A stretch of 64,000 nucleotides of DNA. Source: Botryllus schlosseri. Taxonomy: Eukaryota. Made by a program: the position numbers and the translations under genes. The stretch lies in contig CM119371.1 in assembly GCA_051294905.1 (NCBI GenBank), positions 23,376,001 through 23,440,000 on the forward strand, in the 5' to 3' direction. The notes below the pieces were generated by a model. That model was not told the origin of the DNA and made no database searches. It worked only from the letters and a program-made list of their open reading frames with translations. Below are positions 12,801 through 25,601 of the stretch, in pieces (the first letter of the stretch is position 1; each line of letters starts with the position of its first letter).

Positions 12801-13996
12801 CAGAGGTCTTAAACACGCGGCCCGCCAGGGCATTTTGTGCGGCCCGCGACGACATTTTAGATTTTTAATAATTTGCAATATATCAGTGTCACATATATCT
12901 TTTCAGGTTATAAAGTGAAAATTCCCTCTTAAATTGCCACGAAAGCCTGAAACTATTCATCAAACTTCACTATCACATCAATTGTAAACGCTACCATGAA
13001 GTGGAAGATTTACTATTTCGCCACGTTTCCAATTCATGATGACAAAACCTGACCCTTAGACGATTCGTGACTGAAATTTGTGAGTTGGACTTAGACGCGA
13101 CCTTTCTTAGAATTACTCACACTCGGGCTAACTCGATGGCAAAATGAAAATGAGACTCGAGTGGACTGGGAGTGACTCGGAATGCCGTGAATTTATTAGA
13201 AGCATGGACGCAACGAACTAATCGCGTATCAGGGGAATGGTAATAGATCAGAAGGTCGCAGCTTGGTATTTCGCAAACTAAGCAAGTATTTATGGCCACC
13301 ATTGGCAATCTGTTAGTTACATCTTTGGTCGCTAAACCATGTTATTAAGGCCAATTAAAGGTACCGAGTACCGAAGTGGTACGCTCCAACGATATAACAA
13401 CAATGGGCCGTTCGGCGTTCGGACATTTCAATCACTAGGACACATTTATTAATATATTTATATTATATTTATATTTTTTATGGTCCTATATTTGAAGATA
13501 TTTGGCCATGAGATTAATAGCCTACTTATCAGAAGTATACCCGAATCCTATATCGGAATTACAACGCCCAACCTAAAAATGTTTTAATTTCAGATCAGTC
13601 TATTATCAATCTGTTAGATTCAAAATATTCACAGTAACTGCAAAATTATAACCCGATAGCTTTTATGATGGCATCTTACATTTGTCTGCTCATGGTGTCT
13701 ATATCTTATAATTAAATATCAAGCATACAACAACAATTATATTCAAAAAGTTGAAGATGTGATGATTCTTTTCGTGCCAGGCCTAAATTGAAACAGGAGT
13801 AAATCACATTTTGTGATTTTGACGATGTGTGTTTACTGGCAGTCTGCTTGATCGGCTTACTTTCCACAGGACAATTCATTCCCGCCAAATAAGGCCTACT
13901 TGGAAAGACATAGAATACCCCTATAAATGCTGCGGCCCGCAGCGTCGTCAAAACTGGAAAACTGGCCCGCGAGCACATTTGAGTTTGAGACCTCTG
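12801..13996. mobile_element. hAT (Charlie-like) MITE nested in the P element
   Basis: TIRs CAGAGGTCTTAAAC / GTTTGAGACCTCTG; perfect 8 bp TSD AGTTAGAC; GCGGCCCGC subterminal motifs. Confidence 0.9.
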
Positions 13997-15959
13997 AGTT
14001 AGACCTTAGTATGCAGTACTGTCTCACTATGCTCGCAAAACCTATTAACAATCAACCAAAAGACAAATAAACAGTGAAATATCTGCCAGCAATGGTGATA
14101 GCAATGCTCCACCACGGTCAACATTACTCAATGAAGTGTATGCAGTCAACCTTGTCCGCGAACACGCTGATTTCGGCGGGAGTAATCCTTACAGTGTTAG
14201 GGGGCGTGGCAGTTTCCAATCATTGTATATATATCATTGCACCATCCCTAATACTTTCCGCTCGGTCAATTTTCGTGTGATACGCAAAATACCGTCTTCA
14301 CGTGCATTTTTGGTCGTGTTAATTTAATAAATCTCACTGGGCGTTGTAACATCCCCTCAATTGAACCCTTCTGAATTTTCGCCTCCTTGATATTTAAAAT
14401 CGCCAGCGTTTGAAACCACTGGTCTATAAGTGAGGCAATCCAACTGAGCATGTATGAACGGCCGGAGTAACTGGTAGTCCGTCGCATTAATCAGTACCCA
14501 TGAAGTAGCTCTAGGGAACTTAACAGTGTAAATTAGTTTTCAAATGCATTCTACCTGAACTGTTGAACTCTTTATTTCTGATTATTTCAACATTCTTAAC
14601 ACAAGATAACCCTTTTCAAAATTTCAATCATTTATTTACAAGTGAGGAGTTTACTCGCGACGAATGTATGATTCGTTCTGCTTCGTGAATACTGTCAGTG
14701 TGCAGTTAAACAATGTATATACACATATAGTCATAGCTTTACATTAATTCCAACTTTACAAAATTCTAATTTGTCCCATCCGTCGCGCCCCGATAGTGTT
14801 TATGGTATTTAAAATGTTTGTAATGTGCTTCTGCAAGCGGCAGTTCTAACGAGAATTTGTCTTTATGGCTTAGTTTCCAGGCATGTTACAACCGAAGTCA
14901 CGCAAATTTAAAAACATATACAAGTGGAGTCACTTCCAAGAGTGTGATTTTGACTAAATTTCCTGTCACCAAAAATAATAATTTCTGTCCTTTGATGTAA
15001 TTTGATACATACGATTGTGCGCATATATGGAGAGACCTCGAAAACATTTAGACTTTGGTTGCATACCATTTCACAACTGAGACGAAAGGAGTCACAGGTT
15101 AATCATTTAGGTAGCTAATAATACTTTCAGCTGAGTATACTGAGTATGAGTATAATTCAATATAAGCGATGTTTATAGACCGAAATACTGTACGAAAGAT
15201 GCATAAGAAACTGCTACCGTATATATGTAGAGTAGAAATAAGTTTCAAGTCGTGGTGAGTTTGGTAGCTGTTAAAACCGTAAATTGGACAATAAAGGAGT
15301 TATAACATTTAGTCCTTAATATTACATTTAGTCCTTAATATTAAATAACAGAGAAAAATACTTTCAGTTGAACATGTAGTATTTCGTATTTTAGAATTGT
15401 ATGCACGCAAACGTCTAAAACACATGGTGGTCCCCGGCTTGGGTTCGACTTTTACGATCCCCTTCCGAAACAGCCTGTATAGAGTGCCTCGTCATTCCAA
15501 AGCTAATCCATGCTTTATTTTGGCATTCCCGTACGTAGCCCATTTGAAATTCGGGCATGTACACTATAAACTTCAACGCGTTGACTTTGATCTGACAATT
15601 GATTTTGACTAAATTTTGGGCGCTGAATTCAAAAACGACTTCCGTATTTCTACATCCCGTCAAGTTTTTGGGTTAGGCCCCCACCACCATGTCTCATCAT
15701 AACCAACACAATAGCACTACTTTAATATTTTGTGTATTTTGTATCAAACCTCTCAAAAACCACCAGTAGTCGTAAGTCAATCAATAGAATTCAAATAATC
15801 ATTTGCGCTGCTTTATTTGGTTGATTTAAAACTGATATATTTCTACAGAACAAATGAACTGCGAGTTTCAGGGTCCAAATTTACGCTAATAGCCAATAAT
15901 TCTATTGATTCTAGCAATAGTCAGCTAACATATATAATCTCCAATCTACTCTGAGACCT

Positions 15960-17010
15960 TACTCCAATCATCTTCAGATGTTGGGGACATTTTCTCCTTG
16001 CCAATCTCTGATTATGTCAAGGTTTTCAGGGAAATTATTTAAATATTTTAGCTTTTTTTAATATCTGGTGTCCGACATAAACATAAGGCCGTGACACATG
16101 TGTATCAGGGTTACATGTGCATCCTTGTTGTCTGGCCACTAAGTAACACATAATATTTCAAAGCTGACACACATGATCCAATCGTGCTCTTGGTATTGCA
16201 TCAATTCAATGTTTCTGTATTCTTAATGTTCTGTATAATTCACGAAGACTGACTGAGTGTGCAATTGTTACTGCTCCTACGACGTCGGCATTTTGGAGAA
16301 TGCCACACTTTAGGATTCTTTTTGAGCTACCTATAGGCATCTGCCATTCACTTGAGTTGTAAATCGGGATTCCCAACTCGTCCAGTAATCCATGGTAACA
16401 GTATCACGGCAATACAATAAGCTACGGAAAGTAGTAGGCCTACGAAGAAAAGGCTGGTTCTCCTGACTGAAAGTTACTATCTCTAAGATACTATCTCTAC
16501 TTTGCCAAGTAATCTTTTCTCACTTCCTGAGGATGCTAAAAGTTCCGAAGATTTCTATCCCAAGTTCCAAAGCCTATTTCAGATCAATAACTTGTCTTTA
16601 TAAACTACTCTACGTTCTGAATCATCTTCGATTTCAAAATCTTCATCAGCATTATTAGCCTGCTATTCCTAAGATATTCATCTTGATCCAAATTATCGTA
16701 TAGGAGTTTCAAGTTACACTGGATAACCTGAATGAGGCATTGAATGTATAGCTGATAGTAAATGTTATGTTTATTTGCCTTAGCATATCCTGCAGTTTAC
16801 ATCAAATATGTGTGTGACATATCCTCGGATGATTGCATCCTCAACCAAAAATGATTGAAAGCATCTGCCTAGGTCGATACCAGTACCTGTTTTCTTGATA
16901 ATTCAATTGAGCCCTTGCCTAACTTAATTTGTTCTAAAAGTGTGGATTAAATATATGCCATCGAAAAGTGATATGGCTAAATTCCTGGAAATTTGCATAT
17001 TTTGGCGAAC
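15960..17010 (-). pseudogene. Decayed DDE transposase fragment (same family as 46770-47731)
   Basis: Nucleotide similarity to 46770-47600. Minus frame HGLLDELGIPIYNSSEWQMPIGSSKRILKC resembles the EWRLFIDSSKRSLKCVLLHNG transposase motif. Many stops; boundaries approximate. Confidence 0.65.
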
Positions 17011-17726
17011 TAATCTTCTTTTGAAAGGATGCCGCGAGGTCCCAAAAGTTGAAAACCACTGTAATAAACCATAATTAGCAAGGATAAGGCCGAAGTTTCC
17101 TCGCTATTTATAAAATCTGAACACCCCTAATTGGCGTCGCCGTTATTCCAGTTTAATCTTCGACAATATCAAATATATATATCGTTCAGTGAATTCTCCC
17201 GGTCTATATTGCGCATGAATTCGTTTTGCAGTGTTACGGTGAATCTTATTTGCAAGTTATTGTAATGACATCTTCAATGTTACAAGATTACTATATCGAC
17301 AGAGCAATGCCGTTAGCTGTCTCTAAACGCCACTTGTAGCAGTAGAGATCGACGATAACTAGCGTTACAATCCAAATACTAATAATTGGTTTCAATCGCC
17401 GGATTACAACGTAGCCACAGGGTTACTGCACTGGTTCCCAGATCCCGTTTTATGAACGGTTCTAGACGCTAGTAGCACATGCAGGGGTACGGAGGTTAAC
17501 CAGAAATATGCTTCATGTTTGAAGCGATTCGCTGTAGCCCGACATGATGTATTTTTGGAGTGGATTCGCGTCCGTCAAATTAGAGATTTTGTAACGGCGA
17601 TGCATGATATTTTTATTGTTGTTGCAGGTTTTATTATACTCTTTAGAACCAGAATCAAGATCGTTTACTCTGTCGTCTTTAAGGTGACCCGTAATATAGC
17701 GATACCAAACGCTCAGCTATATTATT

Positions 17727-18692
17727 ATGGAAATCTACTGGATAAGAAGAAAATTAACTTATATCAGTGATCGCAAATTCCTGTTGATTGTGGCGTTAAT
17801 GTTACTGGACACCGCTGCAAACTTCTACTCCACCATACAGTACTGTACCCGCAATGACCTGATACAAGGAAAGCTACGAGGCATATTGGCGGCGGTGTGT
17901 GTCGTTATTGGTGTCTGCGTAAACGTCGAGTTCATTAAACAAGTCCGTGTGGCCAAGCGAGTAGCTAAGAGCTCGAAGGAATGGAAAGATTTGGTTTATC
18001 GCTATTTGATGACGTCGAAACATGTACAAACCATTTGTGAATCAATCCCTCACTTGTGGATCAGCCTCTATCTGCTGTCGACGAAAACTAGTATGGAAAT
18101 ACAGGACAATCTGTTGACCTATGCATCGCCCGCGATATCCTTCTGTTCCATATTATTTTCGCTAAATTTGCCGTACGGAGAGTATCTCAAGACCAAAGGC
18201 ATTCAGGCATCTTTAGCAGAGAGGTACCTCGTATTTGTGGCCAGACTAGCAGTATTCGTTACGAGGATGTCAGTTTTCATTCATTTCACAGTGGTCTTGG
18301 AATTCATAGCCGCTTTTCTACTTTTCGTTTTGTGGTTTGTTCGCTATATTTTACTACAATTCTGGAGGGGCCAAGATAAAGATAATTTTTTAGACTGGTT
18401 TCATTCGAGGAACGGCGGGTTTACAGTGGCAACTCATTTCCTGCTTACCCCGTTTTTGCCGCATAAATGTAGCATCACAGGTGTACTACAAATGTGTGTT
18501 TTCTTTTTCGATCGAATAGTTGTAGTGGTTATCTCTAATGTTCTACATAACAGTCAGGTTGCTCTATATCAACCGCCAGGTCTGATCAGTTATTAAGACG
18601 TTAAAGTTTGCAGTATTATATCTATGGTTTACGTGATATTTTCCATAGCTGTCAGTTAGATGTCCTCTTGGATAGCCCGCATGACACGATAG
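17727..18692 (+). pseudogene. XK-related membrane protein copy 2, truncated by premature stops
   Basis: Colinear paralog of 1720-2682 (MEIYWIRRKLTY..., ICESIPHLWISLYLLSTKT). TAA at 18594-96 replaces GAA. Homologous coding continues as DVKVCSIISMVYVIFSIAVS to a second TAG at 18657-59. AATAAA at 18725-30 sits in a homologous 3' UTR. Confidence 0.7.
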
Positions 18693-19590
18693 CGAATTCG
18701 CTTGCACCATGTAGCATCTCCGGAAATAAAGTTGATACCAAGCATGTGTATACGTTTTTTCAGTCTGTGAGTAAAAAGTAGAATGAGTTTCAAATATGTT
18801 GGCGATGATCAGAAAGCATATTTGACTATTTACAGAGTGGCCGCCTCATTCAAGTTGTAAAAAATGCAGGCATACATGATACTGCGAAATATTCACATGT
18901 TAAATTTTATTTTCACAGCGAATAATAACGGGAATGCGGCACATAACACTGTGCTGCATTAATTTTAAGGTTACTCAAGTATTGAAGGGTCTTAGTGTAC
19001 TTTTTGAGGCTGAATCCAAAACTGTTATCCGTTTTCTTCAATCAGATCTATTTTTTTGGCAAATTGCATTGGTATTTTCGAAAACGGCAGTTTTCAGCGT
19101 TATGCGATTAAGACTTGCGACGTCATGAATAGGATTTAGCAATGATGTTTTGATGAAAAGTTTTGTAAATATTTCAATGATGTCGAAGACGATTCCATAT
19201 AGCAGTAGTTCTCAAAGTGGGGGGGGGGGCGTGAAGCCGCTGTTACCGGACAAATTTTGCGCGTTTTGCGCGATTTCTCTCCAGTTCATGGTAATTATAT
19301 CGCCTGTTGTCTATTGCAGTGCTCCTAAACCTTTTTCGTCGTTGTACACCCTCGTACCTCGTACACTCGTACACCCATGACCATACAATACACCGATAAC
19401 GCAGAAAGCCGCATTTCGATTACCTATACAGTACGTCCGCATTCCAGCGGGGAGTCGCCATGACCCATGGACGACAAATACTCACATGAAATTTGCTACT
19501 GGAAACGTAACGCCGCGGAGATCCCTTGCGGTGTTCTGTGCCTTCACTTATTTCTTGAGATATGCTTCGCGTAAATTTTCTTATTGTAGA

Positions 19591-19854
19591 GCGAGATAGT
19601 GTAATGGTTATGCGTCCGGCTTCTCGAGCGGTAGGTCGTGGGTTCGATCCCCGGCCGGGTCATACCAAAGACTCGAAAAATGGTATCCGCAGCTATCCTG
19701 CTAGGCGCTCAGCAATCACGGATAGCATGTAGGAGAAAAAAAACGGGGGCGCAGACTAGATGACCTCATGGGGCCGTATCGCAACTCCGTCGCCAAAGCA
19801 TCTCGATGGTGCAGGCGAGAAAGAATATCATCTCTCTCTCTCTCTCTCTCTCTC
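19591..19854 (+). mobile_element. tRNA-derived SINE with (TC)n tail
   Basis: Pol III A box (TAGTGTAATGG) and B box (GGTTCGATCCC, 19641-51). Core GGTCATACCAAAGACT...AAAAATGGTA...GGCGCTCAGCA resembles the Meta-type SINE domain (from memory). TC microsatellite tail; 8 bp TSD ATTGTAGA on both sides. Confidence 0.85.
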
Positions 19855-20428
19855 ATTGTAGAAGCAAAACATCCCAGCCGGCTTACAATATATAATATAT
19901 GTACCAAAATAGCGACTATAAATGTGAAGAAAATATACTAGCATTACGTGTGTGGTCGCGCGGGGTGCGAAAATTTTGCCTCTGGAATGGATTTCGTCGA
20001 AAATGTGTTTAGTTTTATATATTACTATCAAAAATCTATTCATTCTCAGCTCGCGTGATCTGATTACCTCATAGAACTGATGGAGGAGTGCCTTCGAAAA
20101 TTTTGGGCACAAAATTAATGTTGATTCATCTTCCGGTTTTTATTAACCACTTTGTTGCATGTTGTGATTTCTTGGCCTCCCATCAGGATTGTTCGGATTA
20201 TTATCAATATTATTTTTATTACACATCAATGACAATGGCGCTAACCGCCTGTTTAGGATTTGTGCGCCGCGACGGGGCATTTTTTAAAGTTCAGGGTCTT
20301 TGCTTTGGGTAATGAGGACGACTTTCGCTTGCGCGCGCACTCATACTCTTCATTATCTATCGCTTACGTGCGTCCACTTTCAGGACTTTGCTGTCGGCCT
20401 TGGAGCTTGGCTCACTCTTCTTCTAGGT

Positions 20429-21236
20429 CAGTGGTTCCCAACCGGTGGAGATTTTTAGATTTATAGGGGGGAATCTGGCTTCAGGGTAGTGACGCAAGAT
20501 GCTCTAGGTTTTCAAGATTTTTCGACTTTTATGGAAGAAATGTAAAGTATGAAACTAGTTATTTACGATTGTAGGTTTCTTTTGGTAGATCCTTAGCTAG
20601 ATATATGTTTAAATGTTTCTTAAAATCCTTCCTTTCCGTACAAATTCCACCCCCTGAAAACGTGAGGCTCACGAGACGATTTCGCTTGGCCCGCGACAGC
20701 TTCTCGACCAAATTGTCACTAAGTTGGGAAAAGTCATGCCGAATGCAGCACAACAAGGGCGCTTGGGAAATTTTTCATCTTTTTAAGCCAACATCTGAGC
20801 TAACGTGAAAAACATTCGAAGTCATCGATTCAACCGAAGGCAATCGCGAAAGCGAGCTTGGGGATTTATTTGAAGTCAGGAGCTACCTAAACGGCAAAAA
20901 ACAGGTCAAATATAGAGCAATGGTTCCACAACGGAAGTGATGACCTAATATCTTTTGATTTTGTTAATTTCTAAATAACAATAAACATAGTGTTAAATAA
21001 TTGATATGGAAGTAGCCCGCGGTACTTGACCAAAGTGTAATGCGCTCCGCATCCGACATAGTTTGGGCATGCCTATCGGAATATGTGTGGGCATATGTTG
21101 CTCAATGCTCACACAACAAATGGTTGTGCGTTGAAAAGCACCATTTTTAGTCACCGGGCAACTTTTTCTAAGAGGGGGATTTTGGCTTAAATATCGGCTG
21201 AGGGTTTCCTGAGACGAAAAAGTTTGGGAACCACTA
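20429..21236. mobile_element. hAT-type MITE, degenerate
   Basis: CAGTGGTTCCCAA ... TTGGGAACCACTA ends; no clear TSD. Confidence 0.5.
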
Positions 21237-21357
21237 GACTTTTCAAGATGCTACGTTAACAGGGGGTCGGCGATGAGGAGCTCAGATAAACCTCTGACAC
21301 ATAGAAACATGGCAGAGCCGAGACTAGCACCAGCAAAAAATTTAGATATGTGTAGAC

Positions 21358-22498
21358 CAGGGGTGGGCAAACTTTTGAGCTCGCGGGCCGCATTCAACAT
21401 CTGAATCCATTCGCGGGCCGCATTATATTAAATTGGGATCATAAACCAAAATTCAATATTGGTATTTTATTACAGTAAGGACATGGAGATAGTATATGTG
21501 CTTATTTAAAACAAACCAAACATTGCTTTGATGATATCATACACGTGTCAGAAACAGTGCCGAGATTTCATAAGCTGGTCGACTTCAATGACCCATTTTT
21601 TAAAACTATTGAGAGAAAAGTCGGTCGTCCCGATTCTTAGAACAGGATTAAAATTTAAATCTGTGAGCAGCGATCTGTTCAGATTTACTAATTCCACTTT
21701 TGGTTCAGTTCCAGGACACACAATGCTGACAGCATCATAACCATGTTAGATTCAAACACGCTTCTACTATTTGCAAGTAAAATATAAATACCATAAGTCT
21801 ACGCATAGAACGAATCTATAAGCACATCACTAAAATAGTTAAAACTGGAGTGGCCAATCTGAAATCACACTCGCGATCAGATTTATTTCAATCTCGTTTC
21901 GGATTTCTGTCATTTTAGCAGTAGAAACCTTTTAAACTCTGTGGGCCTTGAGATGGTCGCGCCAGAAATCAAACATGAAAATAATATAGGGAGTATTTAC
22001 CGTAGAACTGTGGTTCCCAAACCTTTTAAGACACGCCCCCTTTGTGATGGTGAAAGATTTCGCGCCCCCTTATCGTCATATCTGAAAACGCCACCAGGAT
22101 GCTAAAAACCCTAACTGATCATTTGATGGCATGGTAGGTTACGACTGTGGATGAGAGATTTTTAGATATGAAATTGAGACTAAATACAGAGCAATAATCA
22201 GGAATTGTATGTAAATCGCGCGGAGCGCGAAAAATTTTTTCAGTTGAGCTCAGCTTCGTCCCCCATTCAGATGCTTTAACGCCCTCAAGGGGGGAACGCC
22301 CCCCAGTTTGACAACCACTGCCTTAGAATTATCAAGATTAAATATACTGAAAAAAAGTTTAATTAGTCCGTGCATTAATTCGATATTTAGTACGCATTTT
22401 ATCAATATTTTAAATAAGTTTCTTTAGACTCTCGCGGGCCGCACAAAACGGTGTTGCGGGCCGCATGCGGCCCGCGGGCCGTAGTTTGCCCACCCCTG
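21358..22498. mobile_element. hAT (Charlie-like) MITE containing a nested MITE
   Basis: TIRs CAGGGGTGGGCAAAC / GTTTGCCCACCCCTG; TSD GTGTAGAC / GTCTAGGC (6/8); GCGGGCCGC repeats. Confidence 0.8.
22008..22320. mobile_element. hAT-type MITE nested in 21358-22498
   Basis: Imperfect TIRs CTGTGGTTCCCAAAC / GTTTGACAACCACTG; TSD CCGTAGAA / CCTTAGAA (7/8). Confidence 0.75.
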
Positions 22499-23012
22499 GT
22501 CTAGGCAATACCGACAATGTATTCAACGCATGGGTATATTGCGACGTTGATATTGAGCAGATTGTAAAACGGGTTTCTTTACTTGCTACCGATATTACCC
22601 AATTAACAAGTTATACAGCAGTAGCTAACACCCCCAATCGCACGGATTTTGTTTTATGATACAATAAACATATGAAGTCAAGATTGACTCCGTCAACCTC
22701 TACATTTCTGAGGTTCACACACAGAACGCGAACGTGAACCTCACGTTCACAACATTCCTAAATTATACAGCCCAAGTTTCAGTACACATTCAAATGTATA
22801 ATTCAAAATTCCAAGCAACTTTTTGCCGTCCGTATTTGGCCTGCGGTTCGTAAAATGTCCAGATACACCCGGTGCTAATCTACAGCTCCCTCGGGGAGCC
22901 CCTAATTCTCAATGAGTCAGTAAATTAAAAGTCCACCACATTACACAATAACTACACACTAAATCCATTACTAACGTTGTGCGCCCAGAAACACCGCTCA
23001 AGAAACAATTAT

Positions 23013-23190
23013 CTAGTTGATAGTTGTGTTTTAGTTATAGTTGCGGATTTTTAAAGGTTGTTAGTTTTAGTTATAGTTTTGATTGCGGGTCTTGAAGAGT
23101 AAGGAGTTCTAGTTCTAGATACAGATTTTGAACATTGGGTAGTTACAGTTCTAGTTCTAGTTGCGCTTTTTGAAAATCCAGTAGTTGGTA
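23013..23190. repeat. Degenerate (TAGTTN)n hexamer repeat
   Basis: Repeated TAGTTG/TAGTTA/TAGTTT/TAGTTC units; probably subterminal repeats of a decayed MITE. Confidence 0.5.
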
Positions 23191-24271
23191 CAAGTCTGTC
23201 CAGGACATTATACTTTCTTAGATGTGATTTGTGTTCGTGTATTTCTACAGATCAAACTCGTCACATTTCCAGACGGACGTATTCTTTCCAAACGTGTGTC
23301 AGGATGGAGCAGGATTCGTAATTTTTTCAATATCAAGTGGAATTGAAGACGAAATATGAATACTCCATCGAAGCTACAAAGCTAAATGAACACAGTCTAT
23401 AGAATGTTTGAAGTAAAAAAAACGCAAGATGCGTGGAATGAAATTCCGCGAAGTAATTTCGAAAATAAAGAAACGGCAGAAGTATTGCTGTCTGCAGCAT
23501 TTTAAGTTTATCTGCAGCATTTTAAAATATACGATTGAACAATGTACATGAACGATAACTCCAGAAATGTCACTTCAACTAAGCTCAAACTTCCAGCCTC
23601 AGGACTTGAATGCTTACTGGTAAAAATGTTTCTAAATAAAGAATACGAGAAAGCAACATTAGAAATTTACTGTCAAATGATTGTTTAAAATGCTTATCAC
23701 TGTTACATGGACAAGACCCATGTCTATCCTTCTGAATCGAGAGTTAGAGAACTTATGCATCGAAAATAATTCCATCACGTGAAAATGACGTCGCGAACAC
23801 TGAAGACTGTATCATTGTGCAAGCGACTCATCATCATCAACAATTATTTATTTTTATTCGGAAAAGTGCATAGTAGTCTGATAATTGTGATACGGTAGTG
23901 TTTATTACTTTCTGTATCCTCTTGGACTCCATTGGATTTCTTTAAGGACTCCGTATATTCCACTACATATTGATTAGCTTACATGTCTGATATAAATTCA
24001 TGATCCCTTTTCGTATCGCAACATCATTGCAAGAATATTATCAACCGTGTGAAAATAACTAAAAAACAGCTTGATAATCACATTCAATGTTTTTCTCCCC
24101 TATACAACGGAGTCAGACATTGTCAGTATGTGTAATTTTTTATGCGCGTGTAGTACTATTATTGATATATATTTAGCTATTATAGTTGATATCCGTGTAA
24201 AATTGAACGGATACCATTGCCAGACCACATTCGGGTTCAAATTCCGAACGGGTTATCTTATTTGTATGATC

Positions 24272-25061
24272 CAGGGGTGGCCAACCTGCGGCCGTAGAAG
24301 GAAATTCGGGTGACCGTGGACACGTAATTTAATTCGTATGTGTTGGCGGCCGTCGATATGCAATTTGAATTTACAAATTGATTCCCGGTTTCTTGAGAGA
24401 TTTTAATTAATCTGGAAATTTTCTTCGCGCTGCGCGCGATTCAATGTGACTTCATTTTCGATTTGAATATAGAAGCCCACTTGGCAATCAGATCCCCACA
24501 GTACAGATACGAACAGCAGAGGAAAATTATGTGCCTCATATGTGGAAATACTAACTCGTAATCGTGTGTTCCTTCCTATACCGAAAATCCTGTTGGGAGG
24601 TCAACAAATAACAGCATTCAACAAAGTTACTAATACCAATTGCCACAGCCGAAGATGCATCATCATTTATAACTTGCCCTAAATTTTCGAAAACACCCTC
24701 TCCATCAACTCTACCAGTGAATCTGATCACATGGGCAGAGAGAGAGGATAAAGGTTTGATAGTAATGTGTAAAACTACTAATATTAATGACGAAATTTAT
24801 CAGTGAATCTCACAAACTTCCCGCGATTCTCGCGACTATCAACAATACCATTGCATGACCAGTGCTCACTCGCGATTTCGATGCGTATAGTAAGTATGAT
24901 GAAATAGATTAGTCCGGACTGAACCGAACATGGAGAAAGGCAGTTTAATATGGGTATTTGGCGTCCAGCTAGTTCATTGCGACTACGCCCTGGAATGCAG
25001 TCGTAGGCTGCATGAGTAGTCGAAATGCGGCCGTGAATGACAAAAAGGTTGGTCACCCCTG
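24272..25061. mobile_element. hAT-type MITE
   Basis: TIRs CAGGGGTGGCCAACC / GGTTGGTCACCCCTG; TSD GTATGATC / GTATGATT (7/8). Confidence 0.85.
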
Positions 25062-25114
25062 GTATGATTCCTAATAACCCGATAAATATACAATGCCTGA
25101 ACACAATTCATCAC

Positions 25115-25601
25115 CAATGTTCCCTCTAAGCTGGGCGCGTGCGCGGCCGCGCACTGCGTACAAAGTCTTCGCGCACAGATAAATCAATATATCTTTCGCA
25201 GAATGCCCTGTTGATCATTAAACCAAACTGACGACCATTTTAGATGTACAAATGTAGAAAATTAGGTAAACTGTGACGAAAAACTCGTCTCTGACGCAGC
25301 GAACGTCAAAGTTTCGAAAAAATCGGGGAATCTGGGAGTCGAGTTTTTTTTAGTCAGCACCACACATTACCGCAAAAATTCGGGTAAATCGGGAGTCCCG
25401 CCGAACTGGTGACCTTTTTTTAGTGAACACATTGCTACCTCTCGAAAGTTTCACAAAATCACCAGTTTCAACGGTTTTTGAAATGGGTTCTCTGTCTCGG
25501 CTCTCAAGATATGGTAAGCTTATGTTATGCACTGTTATCGAAGGGACCGCGCGGTGAGTTGGTGAGTTTGTGCAGACTCGTAAAAAACAAAGGGAACATT
25601 A
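25115..25601. mobile_element. hAT-type MITE
   Basis: TIRs CAATGTTCCCT / AGGGAACATTA; TSD TTCATCAC / TTCATTAC (7/8). A solo right end of the same family ends at ~46764. Confidence 0.75.

Larger units (their letters stand above)
9528..14239 (-). mobile_element. P-element superfamily DNA transposon with both ends, degenerate
   Basis: Perfect 29 bp TIRs CAATGATATATATACAATGATTGGAAACT (9528-9556 / 14211-14239); perfect 8 bp TSD CACCATCC; internal THAP9/P transposase remnants. Confidence 0.92.
8550..14250. mobile_element. hAT (Ac-like TAGGGATG) MITE, interrupted in its right TIR by a P element
   Basis: Starts TAGGGATGG at 8550 and ends CACCATCCCTA at 14250. Segment 8550-9527 is homologous in reverse to the intact copy at 53125-54135. 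TSD is degenerate. Confidence 0.7.

Noticed and set aside
19591..19665. Functional tRNA gene
   Set aside because: No proper acceptor stem or terminator; continues into a SINE core and TC tail and is bounded by a TSD.
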